64,000 nt of DNA from assembly GCA_021613535.1 (NCBI GenBank), contig CP075492.1, positions 1,860,001 to 1,924,000 on the forward strand. Direction: 5' to 3'. The notes under the pieces were generated by a model. That model was not told the DNA's origin, did not search any database, and saw nothing but the letters and a program-made list of their open reading frames with translations. This stretch comes from Adineta vaga. Taxonomy: Eukaryota > Animalia > Rotifera. The position numbers and the translations under genes are program-made. Positions 11,268 to 23,614 of the stretch are shown here, in pieces. How positions within the stretch are numbered: the first letter of the stretch is position 1; the number at the start of each line of letters is the position of its first letter.

Positions 11268-13844
11268 TTAACAGATTCTCGACCAAAAAACTCTCAATAG
11301 ATAATCTCTAATAAACGATCGTTTCTTCCATAGACATAACAATATTGATAAAATAGTAATAATTGCAAAAGTTAGAAATAATCCTGCCAATGCTGTTACT
11401 TTCATTGATGTTGTATTATCAACTGTTGTGGCACAAATCGATGGTTGAAACCATTTTGTTTTTAATTGATCTAATTTACCTGTTTCTTTTAATAATAAAA
11501 TTTGAACATCTAAATCTTGTTTATATAACCATTGTTTAGGCATGACAAGTCCAACTCCCGTTGGATAAAAACTATTACCAATTAAAGTTAAATTACAATA
11601 GATATTATTCGTTGCATATTCACCAGAACTAACATCTAATATAGCTGCATCAATTTTGTTTGTAAGTAATGCATCATAAAATTCTTCATTTTTTTGAACA
11701 CCATAGAAATTTTTATTTCCTTTCGATACTTCTCTTAAATAATAATCTTCAATTGATGTTCCTATATGAAGTCCAATACGATGAAATGGAATTTTTCCAT
11801 TTTTAATATCTTCAATTCCAGATAAAATATCTTCTGTTTTAGATATTGTTAAATTCGATGCTAAATTTGCTGTATATGATGCTAAGATAATTAAACTTAA
11901 AATATATAAACCAGCTGTTAATAAACGTCCAGCAGCTGTTTTAACTTGAAAATCTGAACCATATCCAACGAAAGTACTAAATGCAAACCAAAAACTCATT
12001 GCAAGTGCTGAGATTATTGATCGATTTTTAAGTTCATCATTTTCTGATCGTTCTAATATATAGAATAATATCGTCGCATAGATAATGGATGCTAAAATTA
12101 AAAGCCAAAGATTATATGAAAATGGTTTTAAATAAGATAGAAGATCGATATTAACATTTGTTTCTTTTCGTATCATAATACGTAAAGTTGAAACAAATAT
12201 AGGATCAGAAAAATCGACTATATGTCGACGTTTAGATGTTATTGCAACATCAGCTATAACAATATCATATATTCCATTGCTGACTGCTTCAACTAATCCA
12301 TTGTAGGTTTGATTAGATGGTGCTAATTTAATATCTGGAATAAATCCTATTTGTTCTCGTAAAAGTTCAATTAAATCAGGCATATAACCATTGAATTTTG
12401 TTGTTATATTTCCAGATAATGGATCTGTAATATTAATCATTCTCGTAAATGGAGTTTTTTCTATCATACCAATTCGTAAAGTTACACCTGCAAGGGTTGT
12501 TCGACCACTTGGAGGTGTTAATGTAATACCTGGCCAAATAATAATATTTGTTTCTCTAAATGTTTTCCATTCACCAGAATCTGTATATTTTAGTACTGAA
12601 ACGAAATCAATACCAGTTTCACTTGGTTGAATATTTAGTACATGATAATATAGACCACTGATTCGATCTGTTGTATTCGAACTGAATTGTATCGGACCAG
12701 ATACACCTGTAAATTCGATTGAATTAATCGCATTGAATAATAAATTAGAATGAACAAATCGACGATTAAAACAATATGAAGATTCAATAAAGGATACAGA
12801 TGAAGATAATTTATGTAGAGCTTCAATCAATGACCACGTGGCATCAAATGCAAACAATGCATATTTACTTACGTGTCCTGGTCCAGGAAATGATTCTGGT
12901 TCATATTGGTTCCAAATATCATATGCGTCATATAACAATGAGTCATTGATTGGTACACCAATAACATGACCTGTGACTGGTTCAACAGTAAGTATACCAA
13001 TTAGATTTTTATGAAACATTGAATGGAAAGAACTTAATGAAGTTTTCGAGCTTAATATCCATGTAAAATGTGGACCGACTAGATCATCATCAAGTGCTTC
13101 TTGTAAAATCATATTTATATAAATTGAATGAGCCCATAAAATAACAATTCGTGTTGAACTACTTCTTAAGAATGTTTTTAAACTACCTCGAATCTTCTTC
13201 GTTGCTATATTAAATACGATAACATCTTTAATTAATAAACCATGATTAAGAAATGTATCACTAATTACTTTAATTGCACCCAATCCAAATTCATCATTCT
13301 GGTAGATAACTACACATGATGTCCAATTGTATCGTCTGAATAATTTCATAATTGCTAATGCTGATGCTTTATCTGAAGGAATTGTACGATAGAAAGCAGG
13401 ATAACTATCTCGATCAGATAAATCAGGATCAGTTGCAGCATAGGATACTATAGGAATACCAGTTGCTTGTCCAAAATCAGCAAGAACATGAGCTTCTCGG
13501 GATAAAACAGGACCAACGATACCGACAATAGTTGAAGTCGATATTGCCTGACATGTACTATTCAATACATTGATACTATTTCCATTGGTTAGTGATATTT
13601 GCCATTCAATAAACTGTCCATTTACAGTGATATCATATTGTTGAGAAAGAACGATAGCAGCTTTGAACATAGCACGTGAATGAATCGATACATTCGATAT
13701 TTGAGATATATTACCATTATCGTGCATAAGACCTAATAGTCGAATACTGGTATCTCTTGATGATGGCCAACTTGTTATTACAGAATGTATATTCATTTGT
13801 CCTAATAGGATATATAACAATAACCAGTGAAAATTCCATGCCAT
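11268..13844 (-). CDS. Ionotropic glutamate receptor, AvGluR1-like (ATD + LBD + K-channel-type pore), intronless
   Basis: 858 aa with signal peptide, periplasmic-binding-type ATD, S1 (DIVIADVAITSKRRHIVDFS), pore loop FSTFVGYG, SYTANLAS gate, S2 and M4. Confidence 0.93.
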   Translation of the reverse strand: MAWNFHWLLLYILLGQMNIHSVITSWPSSRDTSIRLLGLMHDNGNISQISNVSIHSRAMFKAAIVLSQQYDITVNGQFIEWQISLTNGNSINVLNSTCQAISTSTIVGIVGPVLSREAHVLADFGQATGIPIVSYAATDPDLSDRDSYPAFYRTIPSDKASALAIMKLFRRYNWTSCVVIYQNDEFGLGAIKVISDTFLNHGLLIKDVIVFNIATKKIRGSLKTFLRSSSTRIVILWAHSIYINMILQEALDDDLVGPHFTWILSSKTSLSSFHSMFHKNLIGILTVEPVTGHVIGVPINDSLLYDAYDIWNQYEPESFPGPGHVSKYALFAFDATWSLIEALHKLSSSVSFIESSYCFNRRFVHSNLLFNAINSIEFTGVSGPIQFSSNTTDRISGLYYHVLNIQPSETGIDFVSVLKYTDSGEWKTFRETNIIIWPGITLTPPSGRTTLAGVTLRIGMIEKTPFTRMINITDPLSGNITTKFNGYMPDLIELLREQIGFIPDIKLAPSNQTYNGLVEAVSNGIYDIVIADVAITSKRRHIVDFSDPIFVSTLRIMIRKETNVNIDLLSYLKPFSYNLWLLILASIIYATILFYILERSENDELKNRSIISALAMSFWFAFSTFVGYGSDFQVKTAAGRLLTAGLYILSLIILASYTANLASNLTISKTEDILSGIEDIKNGKIPFHRIGLHIGTSIEDYYLREVSKGNKNFYGVQKNEEFYDALLTNKIDAAILDVSSGEYATNNIYCNLTLIGNSFYPTGVGLVMPKQWLYKQDLDVQILLLKETGKLDQLKTKWFQPSICATTVDNTTSMKVTALAGLFLTFAIITILSILLCLWKKRSFIRDYLLRVFWSRIC

Positions 13845-14799
13845 TTAATTAATCTACATATATAGACTTATAGTCAACAGTTATAATACCGTATTAAACA
13901 ATATGAAATGTCATTTCAAAAATGAATATAGACAAAATCAAATAGTTTATACGTCTTTAATATTACTTTTTCTTTCAATACACTTCCTTTCTTAAAATTC
14001 ATGTTTTCAAAGCACATGAGTCATATAATATACTTATGCCTCAAGAAAAATTCAAATATAGTTTTTTTATTCTATTTCTTTTCAAATTTTATAATGCTCA
14101 AGTAGCGTATATTATCAATGGCGCATTTATATATTCTGCATTCCATGATAGAAATAATATATTCAAATATTTATGCATTGAATACTTCACTACTTATTGA
14201 AGTTGTCTCGATCGTATATGCATAAAGAAGCATCAGAAGATGATACAATAGTTAAATAACACAATCCATACGAAATTATAGATAATAATATGTTATAGAT
14301 GGATAGACGAACGTTTCTGTTAGAATATAAACATTGAAACCTTACTCATAACCACAAGAATGATTAATTATTTGTAAGGTATGATGGGATTATCATCACC
14401 AGATCATCTTCAAATTTTATATGCCGGCATTGTATTTCGTAATGTCGTAGTACTCGACGAGCTAATTTTGGTTTAAAACGATACTAGTACGGGCGACTGA
14501 TAACAAAATTGTATCTTGACAGGCGTAATTGTACGTTTCTTTTCTGCTTCGGCTGATCTTTTCTTTTTGCTTGATCGTTCTTGTTGTAGTTGATATTGTT
14601 GTTCGATTGAGTTGTTGTCTTCTTCAGGATCTAACTGATTTGCATCAGCTGATTCCACATCACAATTACCAGTTGGTGCATTAATAATTAATGTACCATC
14701 TTGATTTTTCACTTGATGATCATTCGTAACTAGGCATATAACAGTGGCGGTGTCCGTCGGTATCACCGTCACCGTTGCATGCCTAATTAAAACTATGCT

Positions 14800-14990
14800 T
14801 TATTTATTTTGAATGATTCAGATCCAGTTAACGACTATTTGAAGCGTATTATTTTCCAAATCGATGCCGATCCAAGCATTGAAAATATCAAAACGCTTGC
14901 TCATGTCAGTCAAAACAGCTTTTTTGGAGAGGAGCATGAAGTACTAGCCATGGCTGGAAGTATCTTTCGTCTTACTGATATTAAAAGAAA
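14800..14990 (+). pseudogene. Fragment of an ADP-ribosyltransferase-like catalytic domain
   Basis: IIFQIDADP...SFFGEEHEVLAMAGSIFRL resembles the ART ExE motif and following strands. Isolated piece only. Confidence 0.55.
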
Positions 14991-15176
14991 ACTCTCATTA
15001 TCAAAAATGTCAATGTTTTTAGTAGAGTTTTATTCATTTATTTGTGTAAGAGACGTTTTGCTCTTTCCATATATTTTAATGAATAGATTGAGGATAACGA
15101 CTTCTCAAAAGACTGTGAATGCTCCGGGTTTCTTCCGATGAAAGATGTGAAGATTAAGAGGAAAGTGAGTGTACGG

Positions 15177-15486
15177 CAAAGATGGGCAAGTCAGCGTTTT
15201 TTTGCTTCAAATCAAATCAAGTCATTTTTTAAAAATCCGAAGTCAAGTCAAGTCAAGTCACATTAAAATTGATAGATTAGAAAGTCAGATAATCTATGCA
15301 AACTGAAAAAGTCTTCCAACATAACCGAATCCTGTCTTTATTTCAAGATACATCTACTCTGAGGAAATAATTATTGATGATGGTTATATTTTCCTGTTAC
15401 ATTTTCAAACTAGAAAGCAAAATTGAAGTGCATAAAAGATTTTTACACGATATATTTTTGGACTTGACTTGACTTACCCATCTCTG
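15177..15486. mobile_element. hAT-like MITE
   Basis: TIRs CAAAGATGGGCAAGTCA / TGACTTACCCATCTCTG, subterminal (CAAGT)n/(GACTT)n, and an imperfect 8-bp flanking duplication GTGTACGG / GTCTATGG. Confidence 0.75.
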
Positions 15487-15776
15487 GTCTATGGGTACGC
15501 GTGATTACTATATTTGCTCGATTCTCCAAGTCACCCTCTGCAAAAACATTCCATTGGTGAGAACGAAGATGTGAGTGGGGTTTCCGTGAAAACATGCTAC
15601 CCTCACTTTTAATGAATTCGGGATTATTACATCGGGAGAATCAATTGTCAAATTTCGTCGTAGAAATGAATTCCAAAAAAATGAGAATAAAGATAAGCGA
15701 GATTCTGTTTTTATTTATTTTCGATGAACTGAAGCAGAAAATATAAGCGTGTGTCCAATTGTATTTTTCCTTCTGT

Positions 15777-18700
15777 CTATGAAAAATAGGATCTTATTCG
15801 AGTTTGAATTTCTTTAATTGATTTCTGAAATTCTTTCGTATAGAATTTCGATGGTATAACAAATATGATGAAAGTAAGTAAAGGTGGAATCAATGAAATA
15901 AAATAACCAGCTAAAGGTAACCACACATCACGAGATGACTTCATACAACCAGCTATAAATGAAAGTATTAAACGTGGTAATGCTAAGAGAACTAAAACAA
16001 TAGGTGCAATAAGTAGATGAATATGTTCTTGGAATTGTTCCCGTATAATTTGCCGATATGTTAATCGATGTTGTACTTTTCTTCGTTGTCGACTAGTGAT
16101 AAAAATAATAAGTAAAGCTGAGATTAAATTCAGGAAAAATGGAACAAAAAAATGAATTAAATTTATAATTGAATGAAATATACGAACACTTGATGAATAA
16201 CTCACAATACACCAAATACGTTTTTCACTCTCTTCTCCATCATCATCATTATCTTGTAATAATCGTCGATGTATAGGATCATGCATTGTTGTACTAATTG
16301 TCCAAAAAAGAAGTAGAATTATAATATATTTAGCCATTTGTTTACTTTTTTTCTTGTCAAAACTAATACCACGAAATGCTGTTAAAGCTCGTTCAGATGC
16401 AACACATGCATTTAAATATTGATCCATACAAAGACTAATACGAAGAAAAAAATCTAATGTATAACATTGAATTTCTAAAAATGTTAAATTCATTATATAT
16501 ACTATTTGTGCTTGTAATAGAATACTAAATTTTAATACAAATATAGTTATTGTAAAAAAAGTTGTTATTGATGTTCCAAGTAGATAAAGACCACAACCAC
16601 TTTTTCGTAATTCAGTACTTTTAAAAGTTATCATAGAAAGAATGCCATTTGTTACACCTAAGATTGCTACAAGAATTGTTAATGTTAAACTAAATTTTAC
16701 AATGAATGATTGATCTATTAATTTGACATGAGGTTGTATATAATAACCGATAATTGCGTCAAGTGATAGACCAAATAAATGTGAATTAAATTGACATCGA
16801 GTTCCATGAAAACATTGTGGACAAACACATATCGATGCTCGAGGACATTTTAGACCATCTTGAATACATTGTCCACCATTTTCACAATCACTTAAATCTT
16901 GACAAGTTGCTGATGAACGACTATCAAACTTAAAACAATTGCTTAACCGCTTTTTGTTAAAATCATAACATAAACAAAAATAAGTATCATCATAAAAACA
17001 ATTTAGATCTGGTGCATATTGTTCGCATGGAATTTGAAAATATTTTAAGCGACGAAATGGATGTAACGAAAGAATTGTTTCATTAAAGATTTCACCTACA
17101 TGTTTACAACGATATGACGGTAAAATTGTTTGATTATATGATTTTAGAGGGGCATTATGTTCATCTGGAACAAGCGTTAAATAATAATTGTTCAATAGTT
17201 GAATAAACGCAATAAGGAAATCGTTGGTCCAATAAGCATAAATTTCATTTTGATAAAGAGATATTCTTTGTACAACTGAATTACTACTTAGAAAACGTTT
17301 ATTTGTTTTCTCTAAACCCATAAAATGTATAATAATAGATTGAGGTAAAATAATATCTTTATGGAATGATAGTTTTAAATATCTGTCAGTAATTTCACAA
17401 TTTTCTCCACGAAATCCTTTTCGGCAAAGACAAAAATAAGTTGTACTTAATTGTGATTGTTTATCATCAGGTATACATTGACCTCCATTAAGACATAATG
17501 GATTTCCATTGGATTGACATGGATTACTATGAAGAAAACAACGAGCCCCCCATCTATTCACTGGACAAATACACACAGATTGATTATTAGCCGTAACACC
17601 AATACATGGCGAATCAGATGAACATTGACAAATATGAGGAATTGTACAAAATTTTCCATACCATCCTTGATTACAGTGACAAAATGTTCGATTTTGTTGA
17701 TCATTAATATAATAAAGACATTGACCATGTTGACATAATTGATTTGAACAATTTTTTATTCCATTTATTTTACCTGAAATAATTAACTGTGTAGCAATAC
17801 GATTAACTGGTAAGAAACGATAAGGAATTGGAATATAAAAACTTCCGCGATATGACAAGGAAATCTTTTCATAAACATCAATATGTATTGCATAGGTTTT
17901 TGAATAAGAGTATTTTGGATGTAATAAATAGACATTATATTTCTTTGAACAGTCTCTGAAATAAAAATATGTATTTTGTTCATATGAATAAATTGTTCGT
18001 TCATTACTATCATTATCAATTAATGATATAACAATAGTAAATAATATTCGTCGAGAATCGGCATGCACTTTAAATTGTAAAGTTAAACTAACACGTTGTC
18101 GATCATATTGACATGTTTCACCATAATAACTCGGTGGACAAAGACATGCTTCTATTGATACATCGTTTTTATTATCTAACCAAACATGTAAGGGAAGTCC
18201 ACGATGACAACGTTGTTGGTATGAACGAGTAATCTCAGAGGGAGGAAGATGTTCTATCATCATTGTTGCTTTTTTAATCTGTTCCGTTGGACTTTTCTTT
18301 GGAAATTTCATGTGATCCGGTTTGAAATATTGTTCAAGAAGACGATAGTCTTCGTGATATCGGTTACAAATAAAATGATGTTCTTTCGTATAAATTAATT
18401 CATGTGCATAACGACAAATGGTTTCGATTTTTGAAATATTTTTCATTGAAGAACAAAGTTGTTGATCTTCTCCGTTCAGACATCGATTGTCTTCCGCACA
18501 TAATCTATCAGAATATATACAAGTATGATTTGTATCATTTTTACAATAAAAATTTTTGAAGGGTGTTAATTGTGTTAATCGGCATAGTTTTAGTTCATCA
18601 GTGGCACCAATACAATCGATGTGACCATCTCCTGTTTTTTCTAATGGTAAACATATCAATTCATTTGTTTCTGATGAAATACATTGATGATGATTAAACG

Positions 18701-20519
18701 TGCATTCGACGAGTGGATTACAATTAATTTCATCAGCACCATTCCAACAATTCCATTTAGAATCACAATTTGTATAAGTATTATTACAGTCCCAATAGTC
18801 ACATTCAGTTTCATCCGATTCGTAACGATTATCAATAAGGATAGGTTTCAATTGTAGATAGCCATCACAAACAAAACGATATGGAATATAATCTTTTTTG
18901 AGATCAAATAAATCTATTTCATCTTCACATGATTCTATCAAAGGTGTCCGACAATCACAATCAATATTATGAATTAAATGAATTGATATACATTTTTCAG
19001 TTAAGGTACATTTAAATTGTCCTTTTTTACAAGTATCGTTAATTATTGGACAATACTCATCATCAGCATCATTACAATCAATGATTCCATCACATAATTG
19101 ATCAGTATAAATACATTTTGTTGAATTGAAACATTGATACATTTGAGAATTAACACAAATGGTCGAATTATCATAAAGAATTGTATTACATCGATTCAGT
19201 TGCTTATATATCTCGTCAATATAATATTCCATTTTTGAATTAATCTTTTCTTCAGTGAAGAACACTGGAAAATCTTCAGATTTTCGACATGTAAGATTAT
19301 TGAATGAAATCAATGTTCGATTCGATAAAAAACCATCACAATACCGTGTATCATAACAGATATAATGAGGACTGAACATGTAATCTGATTTAAAAATAAT
19401 TTCTTTCAGATAAAGAAAATAAATATGTGTAAATGCAATAGGTGTCGCTGGTATCATAAATATTTCTGGACATGTAATATTGATTATATCAAGAAATGAT
19501 ATATTAAAATGGTTACCGCCGTCACATATGGGATCAATGTTATGCATAATATTGTAATGACATTTGAATGCTAACCAACAATCATTAGTTATTGAACTTG
19601 GTGTTTCAATAAATATTTGTCCTGTTAATAATTCGATATGTTTTGATACAGATGAGCGGATAGTTTTATATCGAGTATATTGTATGTCTTCATTAAAAAA
19701 TGTTGGTTCAACACTACGAGGTTTGATTTGAATCAATGGAATAATATGATATTTATCCGATTCATCAAGACATTCAATATTTTCGTTGCCATAAACACGA
19801 TCTTGAAAGAAATCCAGTGGAATACATTGACCATTTTTACATTGATATTCATTATCACTACATTCATTAAATTTAAGTTTCCAACAATACTTTTCATCAA
19901 TTCCTCCATTAAAACAATCAACAATACCATCACATATTTCATACCAACCAAGACATATCGATGATAAACCACGATCACATTCTAAATTTGTATAACATGT
20001 GCGAGTTGTTGGTGTATATTTTATATTATAGAATTCATAAACTAATTCACTTAATGATCCATGATTAAACCGATACGTATCTAATGAATACTGACATTTT
20101 GATCCAAATTTTGGTAACGTACATCGATAAAATATTGTAGATGGTTCTTTGATTTCATTAGATTTTATTGAACGTTGATCAAAATATTCTTGATAATCTT
20201 CAATAAGTTTCATCGACGCTGACAAAAAATACAATTGTTCACTAGTAACACCTTGTTCATAAAGTTGCTCAAAAGTAAATTTTTGATCGTATTCATTTTC
20301 GACAAGTTTCCATTTTGATGGCCATTCAGTTAAACAATATGAGATTGTTTGATAGGAATCAGTACCTTTTTCGGTACTGACTGATACATATAGACAATCA
20401 TGTTGTAATGTAGTATAACTTTCATTCTCATTTGTCCAATCGGTGTGATGAAGATTGAAATGAGGTATGGCGATAACTACATAGAATTGAATCGAATAGA
20501 AAAGATAGTTGACTATCAT
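15777..20519 (-). CDS. Large LDLa- and EGF-repeat 7TM rhodopsin-like receptor, intronless
   Basis: Probable start ATG 20519 with signal peptide. Many LDLa repeats (CDGIVDCFNGGIDE, CDGIIDCNDADDE), EGF repeats (CLCPPSYYGETC, CRKGFRGENC) and seven TMs with ASERA at TM3. Confidence 0.9.
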   Translation of the reverse strand: MIVNYLFYSIQFYVVIAIPHFNLHHTDWTNENESYTTLQHDCLYVSVSTEKGTDSYQTISYCLTEWPSKWKLVENEYDQKFTFEQLYEQGVTSEQLYFLSASMKLIEDYQEYFDQRSIKSNEIKEPSTIFYRCTLPKFGSKCQYSLDTYRFNHGSLSELVYEFYNIKYTPTTRTCYTNLECDRGLSSICLGWYEICDGIVDCFNGGIDEKYCWKLKFNECSDNEYQCKNGQCIPLDFFQDRVYGNENIECLDESDKYHIIPLIQIKPRSVEPTFFNEDIQYTRYKTIRSSVSKHIELLTGQIFIETPSSITNDCWLAFKCHYNIMHNIDPICDGGNHFNISFLDIINITCPEIFMIPATPIAFTHIYFLYLKEIIFKSDYMFSPHYICYDTRYCDGFLSNRTLISFNNLTCRKSEDFPVFFTEEKINSKMEYYIDEIYKQLNRCNTILYDNSTICVNSQMYQCFNSTKCIYTDQLCDGIIDCNDADDEYCPIINDTCKKGQFKCTLTEKCISIHLIHNIDCDCRTPLIESCEDEIDLFDLKKDYIPYRFVCDGYLQLKPILIDNRYESDETECDYWDCNNTYTNCDSKWNCWNGADEINCNPLVECTFNHHQCISSETNELICLPLEKTGDGHIDCIGATDELKLCRLTQLTPFKNFYCKNDTNHTCIYSDRLCAEDNRCLNGEDQQLCSSMKNISKIETICRYAHELIYTKEHHFICNRYHEDYRLLEQYFKPDHMKFPKKSPTEQIKKATMMIEHLPPSEITRSYQQRCHRGLPLHVWLDNKNDVSIEACLCPPSYYGETCQYDRQRVSLTLQFKVHADSRRILFTIVISLIDNDSNERTIYSYEQNTYFYFRDCSKKYNVYLLHPKYSYSKTYAIHIDVYEKISLSYRGSFYIPIPYRFLPVNRIATQLIISGKINGIKNCSNQLCQHGQCLYYINDQQNRTFCHCNQGWYGKFCTIPHICQCSSDSPCIGVTANNQSVCICPVNRWGARCFLHSNPCQSNGNPLCLNGGQCIPDDKQSQLSTTYFCLCRKGFRGENCEITDRYLKLSFHKDIILPQSIIIHFMGLEKTNKRFLSSNSVVQRISLYQNEIYAYWTNDFLIAFIQLLNNYYLTLVPDEHNAPLKSYNQTILPSYRCKHVGEIFNETILSLHPFRRLKYFQIPCEQYAPDLNCFYDDTYFCLCYDFNKKRLSNCFKFDSRSSATCQDLSDCENGGQCIQDGLKCPRASICVCPQCFHGTRCQFNSHLFGLSLDAIIGYYIQPHVKLIDQSFIVKFSLTLTILVAILGVTNGILSMITFKSTELRKSGCGLYLLGTSITTFFTITIFVLKFSILLQAQIVYIMNLTFLEIQCYTLDFFLRISLCMDQYLNACVASERALTAFRGISFDKKKSKQMAKYIIILLLFWTISTTMHDPIHRRLLQDNDDDGEESEKRIWCIVSYSSSVRIFHSIINLIHFFVPFFLNLISALLIIFITSRQRRKVQHRLTYRQIIREQFQEHIHLLIAPIVLVLLALPRLILSFIAGCMKSSRDVWLPLAGYFISLIPPLLTFIIFVIPSKFYTKEFQKSIKEIQTRIRSYFS

Positions 20520-21361
20520 CTTGAAGATGATGGTACGTTTTGAGAATGTGTTTGGCAATCTTCTATAATTTATTTTAGATTTTTTCACTTATAATCAGCA
20601 ATATTCACTGTTCATTTATAGATGAAAATGATTCTAACTTTTTAGATTTTTATGAACATCTGGTTTTTACTAGCAGTTTCTCTTTTTTCTGCTATGAATA
20701 ATCATAGTCAAACACAAAAGAAAATTATCACAGAATAAATGTTTATTATATCTAATCTGTTCTTCTATACTTGCATTAGTTTTTAGTAGTTTTGATATTA
20801 TAATTCGCTTTGTAATCGTGATATTTGTACATTGTTTCGTAGTTACTGCAATTGAATTTTCGCGTGCCATCGCTTATGCATACAATGTTATCATTAGTTC
20901 TAGAAAAAAAAGATTTTAGAAGGTGAGGATGTGTGTACCTGTCTCCACTACAAAACAAGAATTAATCAAACTGATTTAAAAATCTCATTCAAATAATATT
21001 ACCAATGTTGGTGAATAAATATGCTCATATTACAACTTCAGATGAGTTTTGTTATATTTGAAATATTATTGTATTTCACAATCACATCTATGCAATATAT
21101 CAAAGTCTTTGATTGGTTTATAGTAGAAAGAAAATTTTTTGATAACATAATTATTCGTTTTACTTGTTGCTCATTATTTTCAAATAGTTTATCAAAATCG
21201 CTTGTAACTTCCCGAAGTACTACTAAGGACAGAGATAAATAATTATTAGACAGAAATACGTTTCCATTATTTAACTATTAATTTCATTTTTATTATTTTA
21301 CTCGACATTCACAATTAAAATTTGATTTTACAAAGAAGATGCAAGCACTGATAATGAAAAA

Positions 21362-22770
21362 TTAGTGTCTTTTATCAGCACAAAACTTTTGAACACGGTG
21401 ATTGACACTGTCTACAACGTACAAATTACCTTCTCGATCAAACAATATATCTTCAGGGCCTGTGAGCTGATTTACATTTGATCCGAAGCCTTTTCCATTG
21501 ACAACAATCTTTCCTTCTTCAGATCCTTCAGAAAACCGCATTATTCGACCATTGTTTTGATCAGCTACATAGATATTACCCGAATTATCAACAACTATGC
21601 CTGCAGCATTATGCATTTGATTTAAACCACTTCCTTTACCATGTCCACCAGCAACAACGATGCCTTTCGTTGCATTTCTCAACCACTTTATCACACGATG
21701 ATTGTATGTATCTGATATGTAAATTAAACCATCAACATTATCGACAAAGAAATACATAGCAAACATGAATTGTGTGAGTTCATCACCATGCTCATTCCCA
21801 CCTGCAATAACTTCCACATTTGATTGTCCTTCTTTCCATCGTTTTATCCCACCCTTATAAATGTCCGATATGTATAAATATCCATTCTTATCTAGGATTA
21901 AACTAAAACAAGCAGTACTCAAAATCTTTGTCGGTTCTTGTGTCAGCTTATGATGATTTAGTTTCAATAATCGTTCGTTTCCCGAATCACAAATAATGAG
22001 AGAATGTTTTCGTTTATCGATAACAACATCACATGGAGATTCTAATTGATTCACTCCGTTTCCTTTTCCATCGCTACCTGCAATAACTTCGCCTTGTATT
22101 GCATTCATTTTCCATCGAACAACACGATGATTCATCTCATCAGCAATATAAAGTGTTAAATCGTCGTCTAAATCGAATCCTCGAGGACCATTAAGTTTGT
22201 TTAGTTCCTTGCCTGATTCATTTCCACCTGCAACAGTGATTCCATTTTGTTTCCATGTAGTATTACTATCAACTAAAATAAAGAAAAATACTCATTCTAT
22301 GGAAGGATATAAGCAATGCTCTTGCTGAAAGTGATAATAACGATTAAGAAAAACGTTGCCTCTTATAAAAACGAATATTTTGTATTTATTATGAATTCAT
22401 CCTTTCTCGACTATTTTATCAAAAAGGTTGTACCTGCTACTGTTAGGTTACTGGCTGTTGCTGGGGCGTTTGCTTTTTTCTTCGTTAGAAAAATTGTAGT
22501 AATAATGGCAACTGCTGAAATGATTACAATAACGCCAATCACACAAATTATTATATATTTTCGTTTTTCTCTTCGAACTTGTGGACGTCTACAAAATATA
22601 ATATCAATCATCTAACTATATTCATATCGACTACAATAGAACATACGTTGTTGCTGTTTGTGATGAGGCAATATCAGTTAATTGAACCTAAAAGAAAAGA
22701 TTTGTTGTTAAATTCTTGATGATCTCTTTAAAAAGATTACATCATGAGTATTTGTATCATTTTTCGTCAT
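21362..22770 (-). CDS. Type II membrane-anchored NHL-repeat protein (4 exons: 22770-22741, 22687-22647, 22588-22434, 22272-21362)
   Basis: GT-AG introns with compatible phases 0, 2, 1. TM YIIICVIGVIVIISAVAIITTIFL, Ala/Thr stalk, then NHL repeats. Confidence 0.85.
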
Positions 22771-23168
22771 GGCTGATAATCGAATTTTGACAATTCAAGA
22801 GCTATAGAAAAAAAATGAAAAAGAAAGAAAGCAAGAGTTTTTGAACAAAATAAATGTATGAAAATGTAATGTGGATGTTAAAATGTTTGCAATAAACACA
22901 ACTGTTGAATAATAAAAAAATTTGTAGAGCGTTTTATATCCTTCCTCCTCTCTTATTTTATCGAAATATACTAACATATGTTGGTTAACATCTATTACGA
23001 TTAGAAAATATGCATGAACAAAATATATAGGATGTGGGTGCGCGTGTGTATGAAGCAGAAATTACCACAATCGATTTCGATTCAGTTACCGATAGCGTCA
23101 GATGTTACAAAGATTGCATGAATGAATTTTCTCGGTCAAGTCAGATCGAAAAGAGGCTACAATACTTC

Positions 23169-23249
23169 ATTTCAAGGGTGTGGGTGTGGATTTAGATGAC
23201 GGTATGGGTGTCTCTCTTCTTTGCCCACACCCACCCACACTCTCAAGAT
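23169..23249. repeat. Telomere-like hairpin element copy (near full length)
   Basis: ATTTCAAGGGTGTGGGTGTGG...GGGTGT-CTCTCTTCTTTG-CCCACACCCACCCACACTCTCAAGAT. Confidence 0.85.
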
Positions 23250-23614
23250 GTTGAAGAAAGAGTCACATCTAACAAACAAACAGAATTTAAAGCCTAATAT
23301 ATTGTATTCATTTATAAGAAATGTGATTTTTTTTTCATTTAATTACCGATGGATTTGTCAATATGAAAGGATTAATCTCTCTATATACACTTATACAAAT
23401 ATTTTGTTTTCGAAGCATTTGCATACGCTTTTTCAATTATATGAAAAGAAAGTAGATTATTTGAAATGCTGTATACTGTAGTCTTATAAAAAGCAATTGT
23501 GATCACTTCAATCTTCAGACAAAAAGAAGAAGAAGAAAGACAGGTATGTTATTTAACTATTAACTGTTAATGATTTCAAGATAAAATAACCGATATCTTT
23601 CAGTTTAGAGCACA

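Noticed and set aside
14473-14772. 99-aa ORF with an acidic/basic low-complexity stretch, possibly a retroelement ORF remnant
   Set aside because: No diagnostic domain recognisable.
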